Shown here in pieces: positions 18,939 through 30,182 of a stretch of DNA of 64,000 bases. Location of the stretch: contig JAHKAP010000052.1 of the NCBI GenBank assembly GCA_018825985.1, forward strand, positions 6,373 to 70,372. The letters are read 5' to 3'. Under the pieces are notes generated by a model. That model saw nothing but the letters and a program-made list of their open reading frames with translations, ran no database searches and was not told the origin of the DNA. Source of the DNA: Candidatus Omnitrophota bacterium. Its GTDB lineage: Bacteria; Omnitrophota; Gorgyraeia; Gygaellales; Profunditerraquicolaceae. Position numbers and translations under genes: made by a program. Positions within the stretch are counted from its first letter, which is position 1. Each line of letters starts with the position of its first letter.

Positions 18939-19406
18939 ATGATCAAGTTTAAAGTTAAAAGTTTAAAGTCTAAAATCAGTCTAGTAAGCGCTTTGAGCCT
19001 TTTGTTTTTTGCCGGGGGATGTTCTTCTTTAGTAAACTATCCTAAAAGATTCTTGGGGCTTTCGACAGTTGAACTAGAGAGGCAGCGCGCTGAAGCGATC
19101 AGTATGGTTTTTAGCTTGGATTATCCGGTTTGTTACGCTAAAACGCAGGATATATTAAAGGAAATCGGGGTTTATATTTACGCTAAGGATAATAAAAAGC
19201 GGATGATCGCTATTTATTTATCAAGCGAGGATACTACACCAGTGGGTTTGTTTTTTAAAGAGATTGCGGTCGGTAAGACAGAAATAGAAGTTTCCTCCCC
19301 GAGTATTTATGGCAAAGAGATTATTGCCAAAAGGGTCTTTACGATGCTGGAAGGATTGCCTGATCCAATGAAGAAGATCGAAAAAGGCAATGAGCAAAAT
19401 AAATAG
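18939..19406 (+). CDS. Hypothetical lipoprotein
   Basis: AGGC lipobox; SD GGGAGG. Confidence 0.65.
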   Translation: MIKFKVKSLKSKISLVSALSLLFFAGGCSSLVNYPKRFLGLSTVELERQRAEAISMVFSLDYPVCYAKTQDILKEIGVYIYAKDNKKRMIAIYLSSEDTTPVGLFFKEIAVGKTEIEVSSPSIYGKEIIAKRVFTMLEGLPDPMKKIEKGNEQNK

Positions 19407-19426
19407 TTTTTTCTGTTCAGAGCAAT

Positions 19427-19816
19427 ATGAAAGATTGTTTTATTGAAAAGAAGATATACTATCACGATACAGATTGCGGCGGAGTGGTCTATTACGCTAA
19501 TTACCTGAAATTCTTTGAGGAGGGCAGGGCTGAGTATTGTCTGGATAAAGGAGTGGCATTAAAGGATTTAGCAAATAGGCATACTTATTTTGTGGTGGCT
19601 CATACTGAAATCAATTATAAGGCTCCGGCCCGCTATCAGGATAAGATTAGTATTTCTACCGGGATTGAAAAGATTGGAAATGCCTCGATAAATTTTATCC
19701 AGAAGATCGCCAGAGATGATATTGTTTTGGTTGAGTCAAAGACTACCTGGGTTTGTGTGGGGAAAGATTTCAAGCCTAAACCTGTGCCTGAAGAGGCTAT
19801 AAGAGCGTTGGTGTAG
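19427..19816 (+). CDS. YbgC/FadM-family acyl-CoA thioesterase
   Basis: YYHDTDCGGVVYYANYLKFFEEGR. Confidence 0.92.
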   Translation: MKDCFIEKKIYYHDTDCGGVVYYANYLKFFEEGRAEYCLDKGVALKDLANRHTYFVVAHTEINYKAPARYQDKISISTGIEKIGNASINFIQKIARDDIVLVESKTTWVCVGKDFKPKPVPEEAIRALV

Positions 19817-19817
19817 C

Positions 19818-21386
19818 GTGGGAAAAATCAGAAAGAGAGATAGCTGGGGGTCGCGCCTAGGTATTATTATGGCTGTGGCAGGTTCCGCTATCGGTCTAGG
19901 TAATTTCTTAAGGTTTCCGGCCAAGGCAGCCTGTTACGGCGGAGGAGCGTTTATGATCCCCTATTTTGTTTCTCTGCTTCTTTTAGGGATCCCGCTGATG
20001 TGGATCGAATGGACATTGGGAAGGTACGGCGGAGGATACGGCCATGGCAGCGCCCCGGGGATATTCCATAGTATCTGGAATAAAAACCGCTTCATCAAAT
20101 ATTTTGGGATTATCGGTATCTTTGGTCCCTTGGTCATATTAATTTATTATACCTATATAGAATCATGGACCTTGGCTTATAGTTTTTACGCCTTGACAGG
20201 TAAATACAGTCAGATAGCCAGCCAGTCTGGTATGCAGAGTTTCTTGCGTGGATTCCAGGGTTTGGAGAATAACCAGTATTTTCATGGTTTAGGGGCGGCC
20301 TACTTCTTTTTCCTCGTTACCTTTATTCTTAATATCACGGTAATTTATTATGGGATAAAAGGCGGCATAGAAAGATTATGTAAATTTGCTATGCCGCTTT
20401 TATTTATCTGCGGGTTGATGCTTTTGGCCAGGGTTGTAACTTTAGGCGCTCCCGATCCGGCTAAACCTGACTGGAACATTTTGAATGGATTCGGTTTTTT
20501 ATGGAACCCTGACTTTTCAGCTTTAAAATCAGCCAGGGTCTGGCTGGAAGCTGCCGGACAGATATTCTTTACTTTAAGCGTTGGTATAGGAGTGATACTT
20601 ACTTATGCCAGTTATTTATCTAAAGGAGATGATGTGGTTCTTTCCGGACTCACCGCGGCTACCACTAATGAAATAGCTGAGGTTATAATAGGCGGAAGCA
20701 TTATAATACCTGCGGCTTTTGTTTTTTTCGGTCCTGCAGATATACGGGCTATTGCTCAATCCGGGGTGTTTAATTTAGGGTTCGTGACCACTCCTTTAGT
20801 TTTAAATAAGTTACCTCTGCCCCAGATAATGGGTTTTATTTGGTTCTCGCTTTTGTTTTTGGCTGGGGTAACTTCTTCGGTTTCCCTGGCTCAGCCGGCG
20901 GTAGCTTTTTTAGAGGACGAGTTTAATTTAAATCGCAAAAAAGCGGTTTTTATATTTGCCGCGGCCACATTTATACTTTGCCAGCCGGCAATATTTTTCT
21001 TGGGTAAAGGCGTAGTTAACGAATTGGATTTCTGGGGCGGGACATTCTTTCTGGTTTTATTCGCGGCTATCGAGATCATACTTTTTGTCTGGGTTTTTGG
21101 GATGGAGAAGGCCTGGGACGAAATACATAAAGGCGCGGATATGTCTATCCCCAGGGTTTATAAATTTATAATCAAGTATATCACCCCTTTATTTATTTTC
21201 TTTATCTTGGGGATGTGGTTTTGGCAGGAGTGGCTGCCGGTGATTTTGATGAAAGGGGTATCGATTCAGGAGCGTCCCTTTATTTTGTGGACCAGGATTT
21301 GCCTGTTGGTGATATTTCTGATTCTGGCTCTAATGGTCAAATCCGCGTGGAGAAAAAGAAAGATGCAATTGGAGATGATTAAATGA
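19818..21386 (+). CDS. NSS (SNF) family sodium-dependent transporter
   Basis: RDSWGSR...GSAIGLGNFLRFP...GGGAF and QIFFTLSVG motifs. Confidence 0.93.
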   Translation: MGKIRKRDSWGSRLGIIMAVAGSAIGLGNFLRFPAKAACYGGGAFMIPYFVSLLLLGIPLMWIEWTLGRYGGGYGHGSAPGIFHSIWNKNRFIKYFGIIGIFGPLVILIYYTYIESWTLAYSFYALTGKYSQIASQSGMQSFLRGFQGLENNQYFHGLGAAYFFFLVTFILNITVIYYGIKGGIERLCKFAMPLLFICGLMLLARVVTLGAPDPAKPDWNILNGFGFLWNPDFSALKSARVWLEAAGQIFFTLSVGIGVILTYASYLSKGDDVVLSGLTAATTNEIAEVIIGGSIIIPAAFVFFGPADIRAIAQSGVFNLGFVTTPLVLNKLPLPQIMGFIWFSLLFLAGVTSSVSLAQPAVAFLEDEFNLNRKKAVFIFAAATFILCQPAIFFLGKGVVNELDFWGGTFFLVLFAAIEIILFVWVFGMEKAWDEIHKGADMSIPRVYKFIIKYITPLFIFFILGMWFWQEWLPVILMKGVSIQERPFILWTRICLLVIFLILALMVKSAWRKRKMQLEMIK

Positions 21387-21487
21387 ATATTAAAGGATGG
21401 CTGTTTTTGATTTTATCTTGGGGATTGATATTAGGAATAGCTGTTTTTTGCTTTGGCAAAGTAATTTCAAAAAAGGAGTTGAAATGA
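21383..21487 (+). CDS. 34-aa single-TM protein, putative MetS-like NSS transporter small subunit (not in ORF track)
   Basis: MNIKGWLFLILSWGLILGIAVFCFGKVISKKELK; ATGA overlaps with both neighbours; GGAG SD. Confidence 0.7.
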   Translation: MNIKGWLFLILSWGLILGIAVFCFGKVISKKELK

Positions 21488-21873
21488 GAAATAATTCCAT
21501 CGTTTGTGTTTTGGCAATACTCTGTTTGGTTAGTTTCGGATGTGCCCCTATTCTTATTGGGGCGGCAGTCGGGGCCGGAGCGGTAGGCGGTTATGCGGTA
21601 AGTAAGGATACTATTCAGACCGATCTGGATAAGCCTTACGAGAATATCTGGAATAGCGCCTTATCAGTAAGTAAAAATTACGGCAATATTAAGTATGAGA
21701 ATATCGCTCAGGGTTATCTTGAACTAGAGCAGGGTCCGACGCATGTCTGGATCAGATTAAGTCGGATGACCAGGGCAACTACCCGGATAAGGGTCTCGGT
21801 TCGCAAATACCATTTACCGAATATGGCTTTAGCCCAGGAGATATTCGCCAAGGTCGTCCAGGAGGCCAGGTAA
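21484..21873 (+). CDS. DUF3568-like lipoprotein (start probably ATG 21484)
   Basis: AGGAG SD; SFGC lipobox followed by GAAVGAGAVGG. Confidence 0.7.
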   Translation: MRNNSIVCVLAILCLVSFGCAPILIGAAVGAGAVGGYAVSKDTIQTDLDKPYENIWNSALSVSKNYGNIKYENIAQGYLELEQGPTHVWIRLSRMTRATTRIRVSVRKYHLPNMALAQEIFAKVVQEAR

Positions 21874-21950
21874 AATTTTTTCCTGTATGAAAAACCTTGC
21901 AAAAAATAAATAATCCGTTAAAATTATCCTGGTCGCTTTAAAAGATTCCT

Positions 21951-22526
21951 ATGGATATATTAAAACTTAAACCAGTTAACCTAAATTACGAGATCTTGTG
22001 TTTTCTTGAGGAGAGGCAGCTGATCCGCAGCTTAAGGCCTACCTTAAAGATATTACAAAATCACTCTGCCGGCGGGATGGTGGATACTATTTATACTTCC
22101 GCTTCCGAATTCGGATCGCATAAGCTTATTTGCATTGGTTTAAGCGCCGATTCCACCCGGATAGAGCTTAATTCTCATCCGGATAACGAGGAATTCATTA
22201 TCATTAATAATACCTTCACTAAATTCAAGCCTCTATATATGGCTATAGGTTTGCATAAACATAATATCCTGGAGGAGAAAGCTAAAAACAGAGTATTAAC
22301 ATCCGATGATATTATGCTCTTAAGGTTAAAATATAATAATGCCAAGACCAGCATTTTTACCATGCTTAAGGATACTCCCCACTGCGAATTAACCACTAAA
22401 GAAGAAGGCACCCATCCGGTTTTTTTCGTGTCTGAGCCCAGCAATTTAACTATGAATTACCTTAAGCTTGAAGGTTACGAACTCAGGCCTGATCACTCCA
22501 ACGATCACCTCCACTGCAAAAAATAG
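21951..22526 (+). CDS. Hypothetical protein, possible cupin (ureidoglycolate-lyase-like)
   Basis: ELNSHPDNEEFII and FTMLKDTPHC resemble cupin metal motifs. Confidence 0.45.
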   Translation: MDILKLKPVNLNYEILCFLEERQLIRSLRPTLKILQNHSAGGMVDTIYTSASEFGSHKLICIGLSADSTRIELNSHPDNEEFIIINNTFTKFKPLYMAIGLHKHNILEEKAKNRVLTSDDIMLLRLKYNNAKTSIFTMLKDTPHCELTTKEEGTHPVFFVSEPSNLTMNYLKLEGYELRPDHSNDHLHCKK

Positions 22527-22584
22527 AATAGAAAAGGGATTTCTCGTTAGTTGATTGGCGAGACGTCCCCTAAGTTTTTGAGAT

Positions 22585-22621
22585 GGGGACACCCTTAGCT
22601 TTAGCTGGGGAGGGTGTCCCC
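22585..22621. repeat. REP-like palindrome, GGGACACCCT family copy 1
   Basis: GGGGACACCCT-N15-AGGGTGTCCCC; near reverse complement of 46051-46086. Confidence 0.8.
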
Positions 22622-22630
22622 TGCTTTGAC

Positions 22631-22647
22631 TGCCTAAAAATTAGGCA
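22631..22647. promoter_or_regulatory. Palindromic operator candidate TGCCTAA-AAA-TTAGGCA
   Basis: Perfect 7-3-7 palindrome ending 8 bp upstream of TTGACA; related copies at 25205, 32521 and 58373. Confidence 0.55.
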
Positions 22648-22655
22648 TAAAGATA

Positions 22656-22735
22656 TTGACAAAAAACGCATTTATATTATTATAAGAGGGCAGACAGAGA
22701 CGTCCGGAACATTTATGGGGCGTCTTTTCCTGTTT
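22656..22735 (+). promoter_or_regulatory. Sigma70 promoter + ANTAR-type hairpin/terminator leader of nfnAB
   Basis: TTGACA-16-TATTAT; GAC-AGAGAC-GTC hairpin overlapping stem AGAGACGTCC/GGGCGTCTTT. Confidence 0.6.
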
Positions 22736-22774
22736 TAGGATAGGTATAGTAAAGGTAAAATTAGGGGTATTGAA

Positions 22775-23584
22775 ATGTTCAAAATACTGGAGAAATATTC
22801 TTTAGCGCCGCAAATACATTATTGCTTAGTTGAGGCGCCATTAATTGCCAGGAAAGCTAAAGCGGGGCAGTTTGTGATTGTCCGTGTCCGTGAACAAGGC
22901 GAGCGTATCCCTCTGACTATTGCTGATTTTGACCGCGATAAGGGTACGATTATTTTAGTTTTTCAGTCTTTGGGCAAGACTACTTGTTTGTTCTCCCAGA
23001 TGAAAGCCGGGGATAATCTATTAGATTTGCTTGGGCCCCAGGGTAATCCTACGGAAATTGAAAATTATGGCCATACGGTGGTTATCGGAGGCGGGATCGG
23101 TATTGCTCCGGTGTATCCATTAGCCAGAAGCTTAAAAGAGGCAGGGAACAAAGTCAGTTCAATTATTGGTTTCCGGGGGAAAGAGTATGTATTCTGGGAA
23201 GATAAGATGCGCTCAGTATCAAATGATCTTTTGATAGCTACTAATGACGGCTCTTATGGTAAAAAAGGTTTTGTTACTGATGTGCTTAAAGAATTAATGA
23301 ATAGCGATGAAAAAATAGATAGGGTATTTGCAATCGGTCCGGCAATTATGATGAAAGCAGTTAGCGATATGACTAAAGTCAGCAATATTCCTACAATCGT
23401 TAGTTTAAACTCTTCGATGGTATGCGGTATGGGGATGTGCGGTGCCTGCAGGGTTAGCGTCGGAGGCAAGACCAAGTTTACCTGTATGGATGGCCCGGAT
23501 TTTGACGGCCATCAGGTTGATTTTGAAGAACTGATGAAAAGGCTGGATACCTATAAACAGGAAGAGATATCTTGTAAAGGTTAA
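22775..23584 (+). CDS. nfnA: NfnA/SudB-type FAD/NAD-binding 2Fe-2S subunit
   Basis: GERIPLTIAD, GGGIG and MVCGMGMCGACRV...TCMDGPDF motifs. Confidence 0.88.
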   Translation: MFKILEKYSLAPQIHYCLVEAPLIARKAKAGQFVIVRVREQGERIPLTIADFDRDKGTIILVFQSLGKTTCLFSQMKAGDNLLDLLGPQGNPTEIENYGHTVVIGGGIGIAPVYPLARSLKEAGNKVSSIIGFRGKEYVFWEDKMRSVSNDLLIATNDGSYGKKGFVTDVLKELMNSDEKIDRVFAIGPAIMMKAVSDMTKVSNIPTIVSLNSSMVCGMGMCGACRVSVGGKTKFTCMDGPDFDGHQVDFEELMKRLDTYKQEEISCKG

Positions 23585-24979
<1,395 letters not shown>

Positions 24980-25062
24980 AGCGTTAGCCAGTAGTGATAG
25001 CTTGCGCCGCAAAAGTCTTTGCGGCACCAAGCAAAAAATATACGCCAGCCGGCATTTTTTGC

Positions 25063-26585
<1,523 letters not shown>

Positions 26586-26606
26586 TAAAGAATAAGCCGT
26601 TACACT

Positions 26607-26646
26607 AAGCGCCCCTCCTGTAATTTAAGAAGGGGCGCTTTTTTTT
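26607..26646 (+). terminator. Intrinsic terminator of gdhA
   Basis: AAGCGCCCCT/AGGGGCGCTT stem + T tract. Confidence 0.85.
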
Positions 26647-26647
26647 C

Positions 26648-26800
26648 TTGACAAATAAAAATTAAGTGCTATATTTATAATAGAAGTACAAAGGTGTAAA
26701 AGAACGCAGGCGTTCGCTCTAAAGGCGAACGTTTTTTTATTTGTAAGGGACTAAAGGCGGTCCAATACCCAATAAAGGGTAAGGGCCGCCTTTTTATTTT
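26648..26800 (+). promoter_or_regulatory. Sigma70 promoter + tandem ANTAR-type attenuators upstream of the sigma gene
   Basis: TTGACA-16-TATATT; hairpins TAC-AAAGGT-GTA, GAAC-GCAGGC-GTTC and GGACT-AAAGGC-GGTCC; terminators at 26708-26738 and 26753-26800. Confidence 0.75.
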
Positions 26801-26812
26801 AGGAGCGAAGAT

Positions 26813-27328
26813 ATGGAATTTAATGATTTATCAGCTAAATTATCCTCTAAATTGAAGGCTATAGCTTATAGGCTTAATCATCAGTTCACTTTTTTTAACG
26901 AAGAAGACCTATATCAGGAAGCCCTGATTCGTTTATGGGAAGATTCCCGGACCGGGCGCTTAGATGATAAAACAGACAGTTATATCTTACAAGGGTGTTA
27001 TTTTCATCTAAAAAATTATATCCGCAAGAACAGGGTAAAGACAAAGTTGGTGAGTATTGAGGAGAATGTCGGACAGGGGGAAAATAGTTTTGAGGACTTA
27101 TTTTTAAAAGATGAGAAATCGCCTGATCTGCGGGACCGTTTGAACGACTTATTCTTGGCAGAGACGATCCTTAATAACGGGTTTACGTTAAGAGAAAAAC
27201 AGGTCCTCAGGGGATACGCCGAAGGCCTGACTACCCGCCAGATCGGGGAGAAACTGGGGGTTTCGCATGTCAGCGTAGTCAAGATGACTGATAGGATTAG
27301 AAAAAAAAGCCGGAGATATATCGATTAA
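26813..27328 (+). CDS. Alternative sigma70-family factor (ECF-sized, regions 2 and 4 only)
   Basis: EEDLYQEALIRLW...LKNYIRK (region 2); LREKQVL..YAEGLTTRQIGEKLGVSHVSV (region 4 HTH). Confidence 0.88.
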   Translation: MEFNDLSAKLSSKLKAIAYRLNHQFTFFNEEDLYQEALIRLWEDSRTGRLDDKTDSYILQGCYFHLKNYIRKNRVKTKLVSIEENVGQGENSFEDLFLKDEKSPDLRDRLNDLFLAETILNNGFTLREKQVLRGYAEGLTTRQIGEKLGVSHVSVVKMTDRIRKKSRRYID

Positions 27329-27375
27329 ATCCTGACCCCATTTCCCTGATTAGAACCGTCCCTGTTTAAAAAATT

Positions 27376-27406
27376 GGTTACCAGAGACGGCATATTTTTA
27401 CTTGTA
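27376..27406 (+). promoter_or_regulatory. Putative alternative-sigma promoter, copy 1 (porin-amtB-glnK)
   Basis: GGTTACC-N14-TTTACTTGTA; exact half-sites and spacing shared with 30099 and 32378. Confidence 0.75.
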
Positions 27407-27418
27407 ATAATGTAGCAG

Positions 27419-27582
27419 ACACGTAGATGTGTAAAAAACAGAGGCGTTCTAGAAATTAAAGAACGCTTTTTTTATTACCGTAATGGGTAAGCCAGCAATC
27501 ATATAAGCTGGGAGATATTACGAGTTTTAAAGACCGAGACGTCTTTTAAAATCCAAATAAGGATAAAAGACGTCTTTTTTTT
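27419..27582 (+). promoter_or_regulatory. Tandem ANTAR-type attenuators in porin-amtB-glnK leader
   Basis: ACAC-GTAGAT-GTGT, AAC-AGAGGC-GTT in terminator 27440-27473; GAC-CGAGAC-GTC in terminator 27536-27582. Confidence 0.72.
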
Positions 27583-27646
27583 CGCCAAAAATCTTGGCGA
27601 ATCCGCCACGTATTGTGGCGGAATTTCTGAACCTAAAGGAGGAAGA

Positions 27647-28435
27647 ATGAAACGGATTATGGCAATAATAGTTTTAACGGTAGTCCTTAATTTTGGCCAT
27701 GTTGGTTTCGCCCAGGAATCAAAGACTGTTTTGGGCGATTTAGGTCTTGAATTTTCCGGAGACCTGGCGTTTAATTCAATTTATATGTGGAGGGGTATTA
27801 TGCTTGATGGCGATCCGGTTGTCCAGCCCGGATTTTACGTTAAATCGCCAGAATCAAAATATGGCCGGGTTAAATTAGGCTGGTGGATGAGCCATGATTT
27901 AGAAAATAAGGACGCATTGAAGTATAGCGAGACTGATTGGATAATAGATTATACTTACAATTTTCCCAGCGTAGGCCTATCTTTTGGGCATACCTATTAT
28001 GATTTTCCCGATGCCCTGCCTACTGACGGCGCGCCTAAGGGTTTCAGCCGGGAATTATACACAGGAATAGCATTTACTAAATTGTTTTTGACTCCTTCGG
28101 TATACTATTATTATGATTATGGTAAGAAAGAAGATGGCGGCGGCGAAGGAAGCTATACGGTATTGAATTTGGCTTATAGTGTTCCGTTTAAAGTCAAGGA
28201 TATTGGTATGAGCCTTGATCTCTTTGGGCATGTTGGCCATAATAATAAACAATATTATAGAGGTAAGGGTGGTGACGCTGCTGTTAGCGCGGGGATAACC
28301 ATACCATTAGCTAAAAATTTATCCTGTAAGCCGAATATTAATTATTCGGCTCCCTGGGGCAATATCAGTGATAAGGGCAATGGCAACCAGAAGAACAGGT
28401 TCTACAGCGGTGTATATTTGAATTATGTATTTTAA
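27647..28435 (+). CDS. TorF-like putative outer-membrane beta-barrel/porin
   Basis: Signal peptide, YMWRG motif, Tyr/Gly-rich alternating strands, C-terminal YLNYVF. Confidence 0.7.
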   Translation: MKRIMAIIVLTVVLNFGHVGFAQESKTVLGDLGLEFSGDLAFNSIYMWRGIMLDGDPVVQPGFYVKSPESKYGRVKLGWWMSHDLENKDALKYSETDWIIDYTYNFPSVGLSFGHTYYDFPDALPTDGAPKGFSRELYTGIAFTKLFLTPSVYYYYDYGKKEDGGGEGSYTVLNLAYSVPFKVKDIGMSLDLFGHVGHNNKQYYRGKGGDAAVSAGITIPLAKNLSCKPNINYSAPWGNISDKGNGNQKNRFYSGVYLNYVF

Positions 28436-28455
28436 AAAATCAAAGGAGGTAACAA

Positions 28456-29685
28456 ATGGTAAACACTGGGGATACAGCCTGGGTTTTGATTTCGTCGGCG
28501 CTGGTTTTACTAATGACTCCGGGATTGGCTTTTTTTTACGGAGGAATGGTTAGGCGCAAAAATGTTTTAAGTGTTTTAATGCAGTGTTTTGTGATCATGT
28601 GTGTTTTAAGTTTACAGTGGGTTTTGTTCGGCTATAGCCTTTCTTTTCACCCCTCCAATGGTTTTTGGGGAGGTTTTGGCTGGATGGGTCTTCATGGTGT
28701 GGGTTTGGAGCCTTATGCTGATTATGCCGGGACAATCCCTCATCAGGCATTTATGATTTTTCAGGCAATGTTTGCCATAATTACACCGGCCTTGATTATT
28801 GGCGCGTTTGCCGAACGGATGAAATTTGCCGCTTTCCTGCTCTTTACCGTATTATGGGCAACTTTTGTTTACAATCCTCTTTGTCATTGGGTCTGGGGCT
28901 TAGGCGGTTGGCTGCGCAACTATGGCGCTCTGGATTTTGCCGGAGGAACAGTAGTTCATATTAATGCCGGGATCGCAGCTTTAGTTACTGCGTTAGTGAT
29001 CGGCAAGAGGAAGAATCTGGAGAAAAATGTCCCCTCTCCACATAACCTGCCATTTGTAGTTTTAGGCACTGGTTTATTATGGTTTGGCTGGTTTGGTTTT
29101 AATGCCGGCAGCGCTTTGGCAGCCAATGGTTTAGCGGTGAATGCTTTTGTAGTGACTAATACTGCTGCCGCAGCCGCGGGTCTAAGCTGGGCGCTTATGG
29201 AGTGGATGCGTAATGGTAAACCGACTATATTCGGGCTTTGCAGCGGCGCAGTGGCAGGTTTGGTAGCTATTACTCCGGCAGCCGGATATGTGAGCGTAAT
29301 TCCGGCGATAATCATTGGTATATTGGTCAGCTTGTTTTGTTTTGCCGCAGTCAGCGTTATTAAGCCTAAATTAGGCTATGATGATTCTTTGGACGCCTTT
29401 GGGGTGCACTGCGTGGGCGGAATATGGGGAGCTTTAGCTACAGGGTTATTCGCTTCTAAAGCAGTAAATCCGGCAGGAGCTAATGGTTTGTTCTTTGGAA
29501 ATCCCCAGCAGTTTCTAATCCAATTATTTACTGTTTTAGTTACAGTTGTTTACGCAGGAGTAGTAACTTTTGTGATTTACAAGGTAGTGGATTTTATTAT
29601 CGGTGTGCGGGTTAATGAGAAGGCTGAATCTTTAGGGCTTGATCTTACCCAGCACAGGGAAAGGGCGTATACCGTACTAGAATAA
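28456..29685 (+). CDS. amtB: Ammonium transporter
   Basis: GLAFFYGG, DFAGGTVVH, LLWFGWFGFN and DDSLDAFGVH motifs. Confidence 0.97.
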   Translation: MVNTGDTAWVLISSALVLLMTPGLAFFYGGMVRRKNVLSVLMQCFVIMCVLSLQWVLFGYSLSFHPSNGFWGGFGWMGLHGVGLEPYADYAGTIPHQAFMIFQAMFAIITPALIIGAFAERMKFAAFLLFTVLWATFVYNPLCHWVWGLGGWLRNYGALDFAGGTVVHINAGIAALVTALVIGKRKNLEKNVPSPHNLPFVVLGTGLLWFGWFGFNAGSALAANGLAVNAFVVTNTAAAAAGLSWALMEWMRNGKPTIFGLCSGAVAGLVAITPAAGYVSVIPAIIIGILVSLFCFAAVSVIKPKLGYDDSLDAFGVHCVGGIWGALATGLFASKAVNPAGANGLFFGNPQQFLIQLFTVLVTVVYAGVVTFVIYKVVDFIIGVRVNEKAESLGLDLTQHRERAYTVLE

Positions 29686-29750
29686 AAGTAGGTAGTATAT
29701 AGTAGGTAATATGTAGGTAAAACAAAAGAATCTAAAAAAGCGAGGGGAAA

Positions 29751-30092
29751 ATGAAATTAGTGATAGCGATAATCCAGCCGGATAAGCTGGAAGAGGTTAA
29801 GGAGGAATTATATAAAGCAGAGATTAATCTTTTAACTGTAAGCGAGGTTCTTGGCCATGGTCGGCAAAAAGGGATTACTGAGGTTTACCGCGGCCATAAG
29901 GAGACTGGCAATCTTTTGAGAAAAGTTCGTTTGGAGATTGCCGTTAATGATCATTTCCTTGAGCCAACAATTAAGGCTATTGTTAGGGGGGCTAAGACCG
30001 GCGAGACAGGAGATGGAAAAATATTTATTCTGGATCTTAAAGAGTGCATCCGCATACGTACAGAAGAACGGGGTTCAACAGCTATAGGTTAA
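29751..30092 (+). CDS. glnK: PII nitrogen regulatory protein
   Basis: [22 protein letters not shown] and RIRT motifs; directly after amtB. Confidence 0.93.
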   Translation: MKLVIAIIQPDKLEEVKEELYKAEINLLTVSEVLGHGRQKGITEVYRGHKETGNLLRKVRLEIAVNDHFLEPTIKAIVRGAKTGETGDGKIFILDLKECIRIRTEERGSTAIG

Positions 30093-30098
30093 GCTTTT

Positions 30099-30155
30099 GG
30101 TTACCGGGGTAAACTTAATTTTACTTGTAAAATATTGGGTAATTTGTGGTAAAAT
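30099..30155 (+). promoter_or_regulatory. Putative alternative-sigma promoter copy 2, plus an extended -10 sigma70 site (GS III)
   Basis: GGTTACC 30099-30105, TTTACTTGTA 30120-30129; TGgTAAAAT 30147-30155. Confidence 0.72.
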
Positions 30156-30182
30156 AATATATAAATAAAAAAGGGGGAAGTT

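Noticed and set aside
26682-26800. Glutamine (glnA-motif) riboswitch or T-box explanation for the leaders
   Set aside because: No such consensus is visible, and the leaders are too short; hexaloop-in-terminator fits ANTAR targets better
27581-27623. Twin small hairpins TTCGCCAA/TTGGCGAA and TCCGCCAC/GTGGCGGA (similar ones at 25006 and 38898)
   Set aside because: They look like generic short palindromes scattered through this genome; no specific function can be supported
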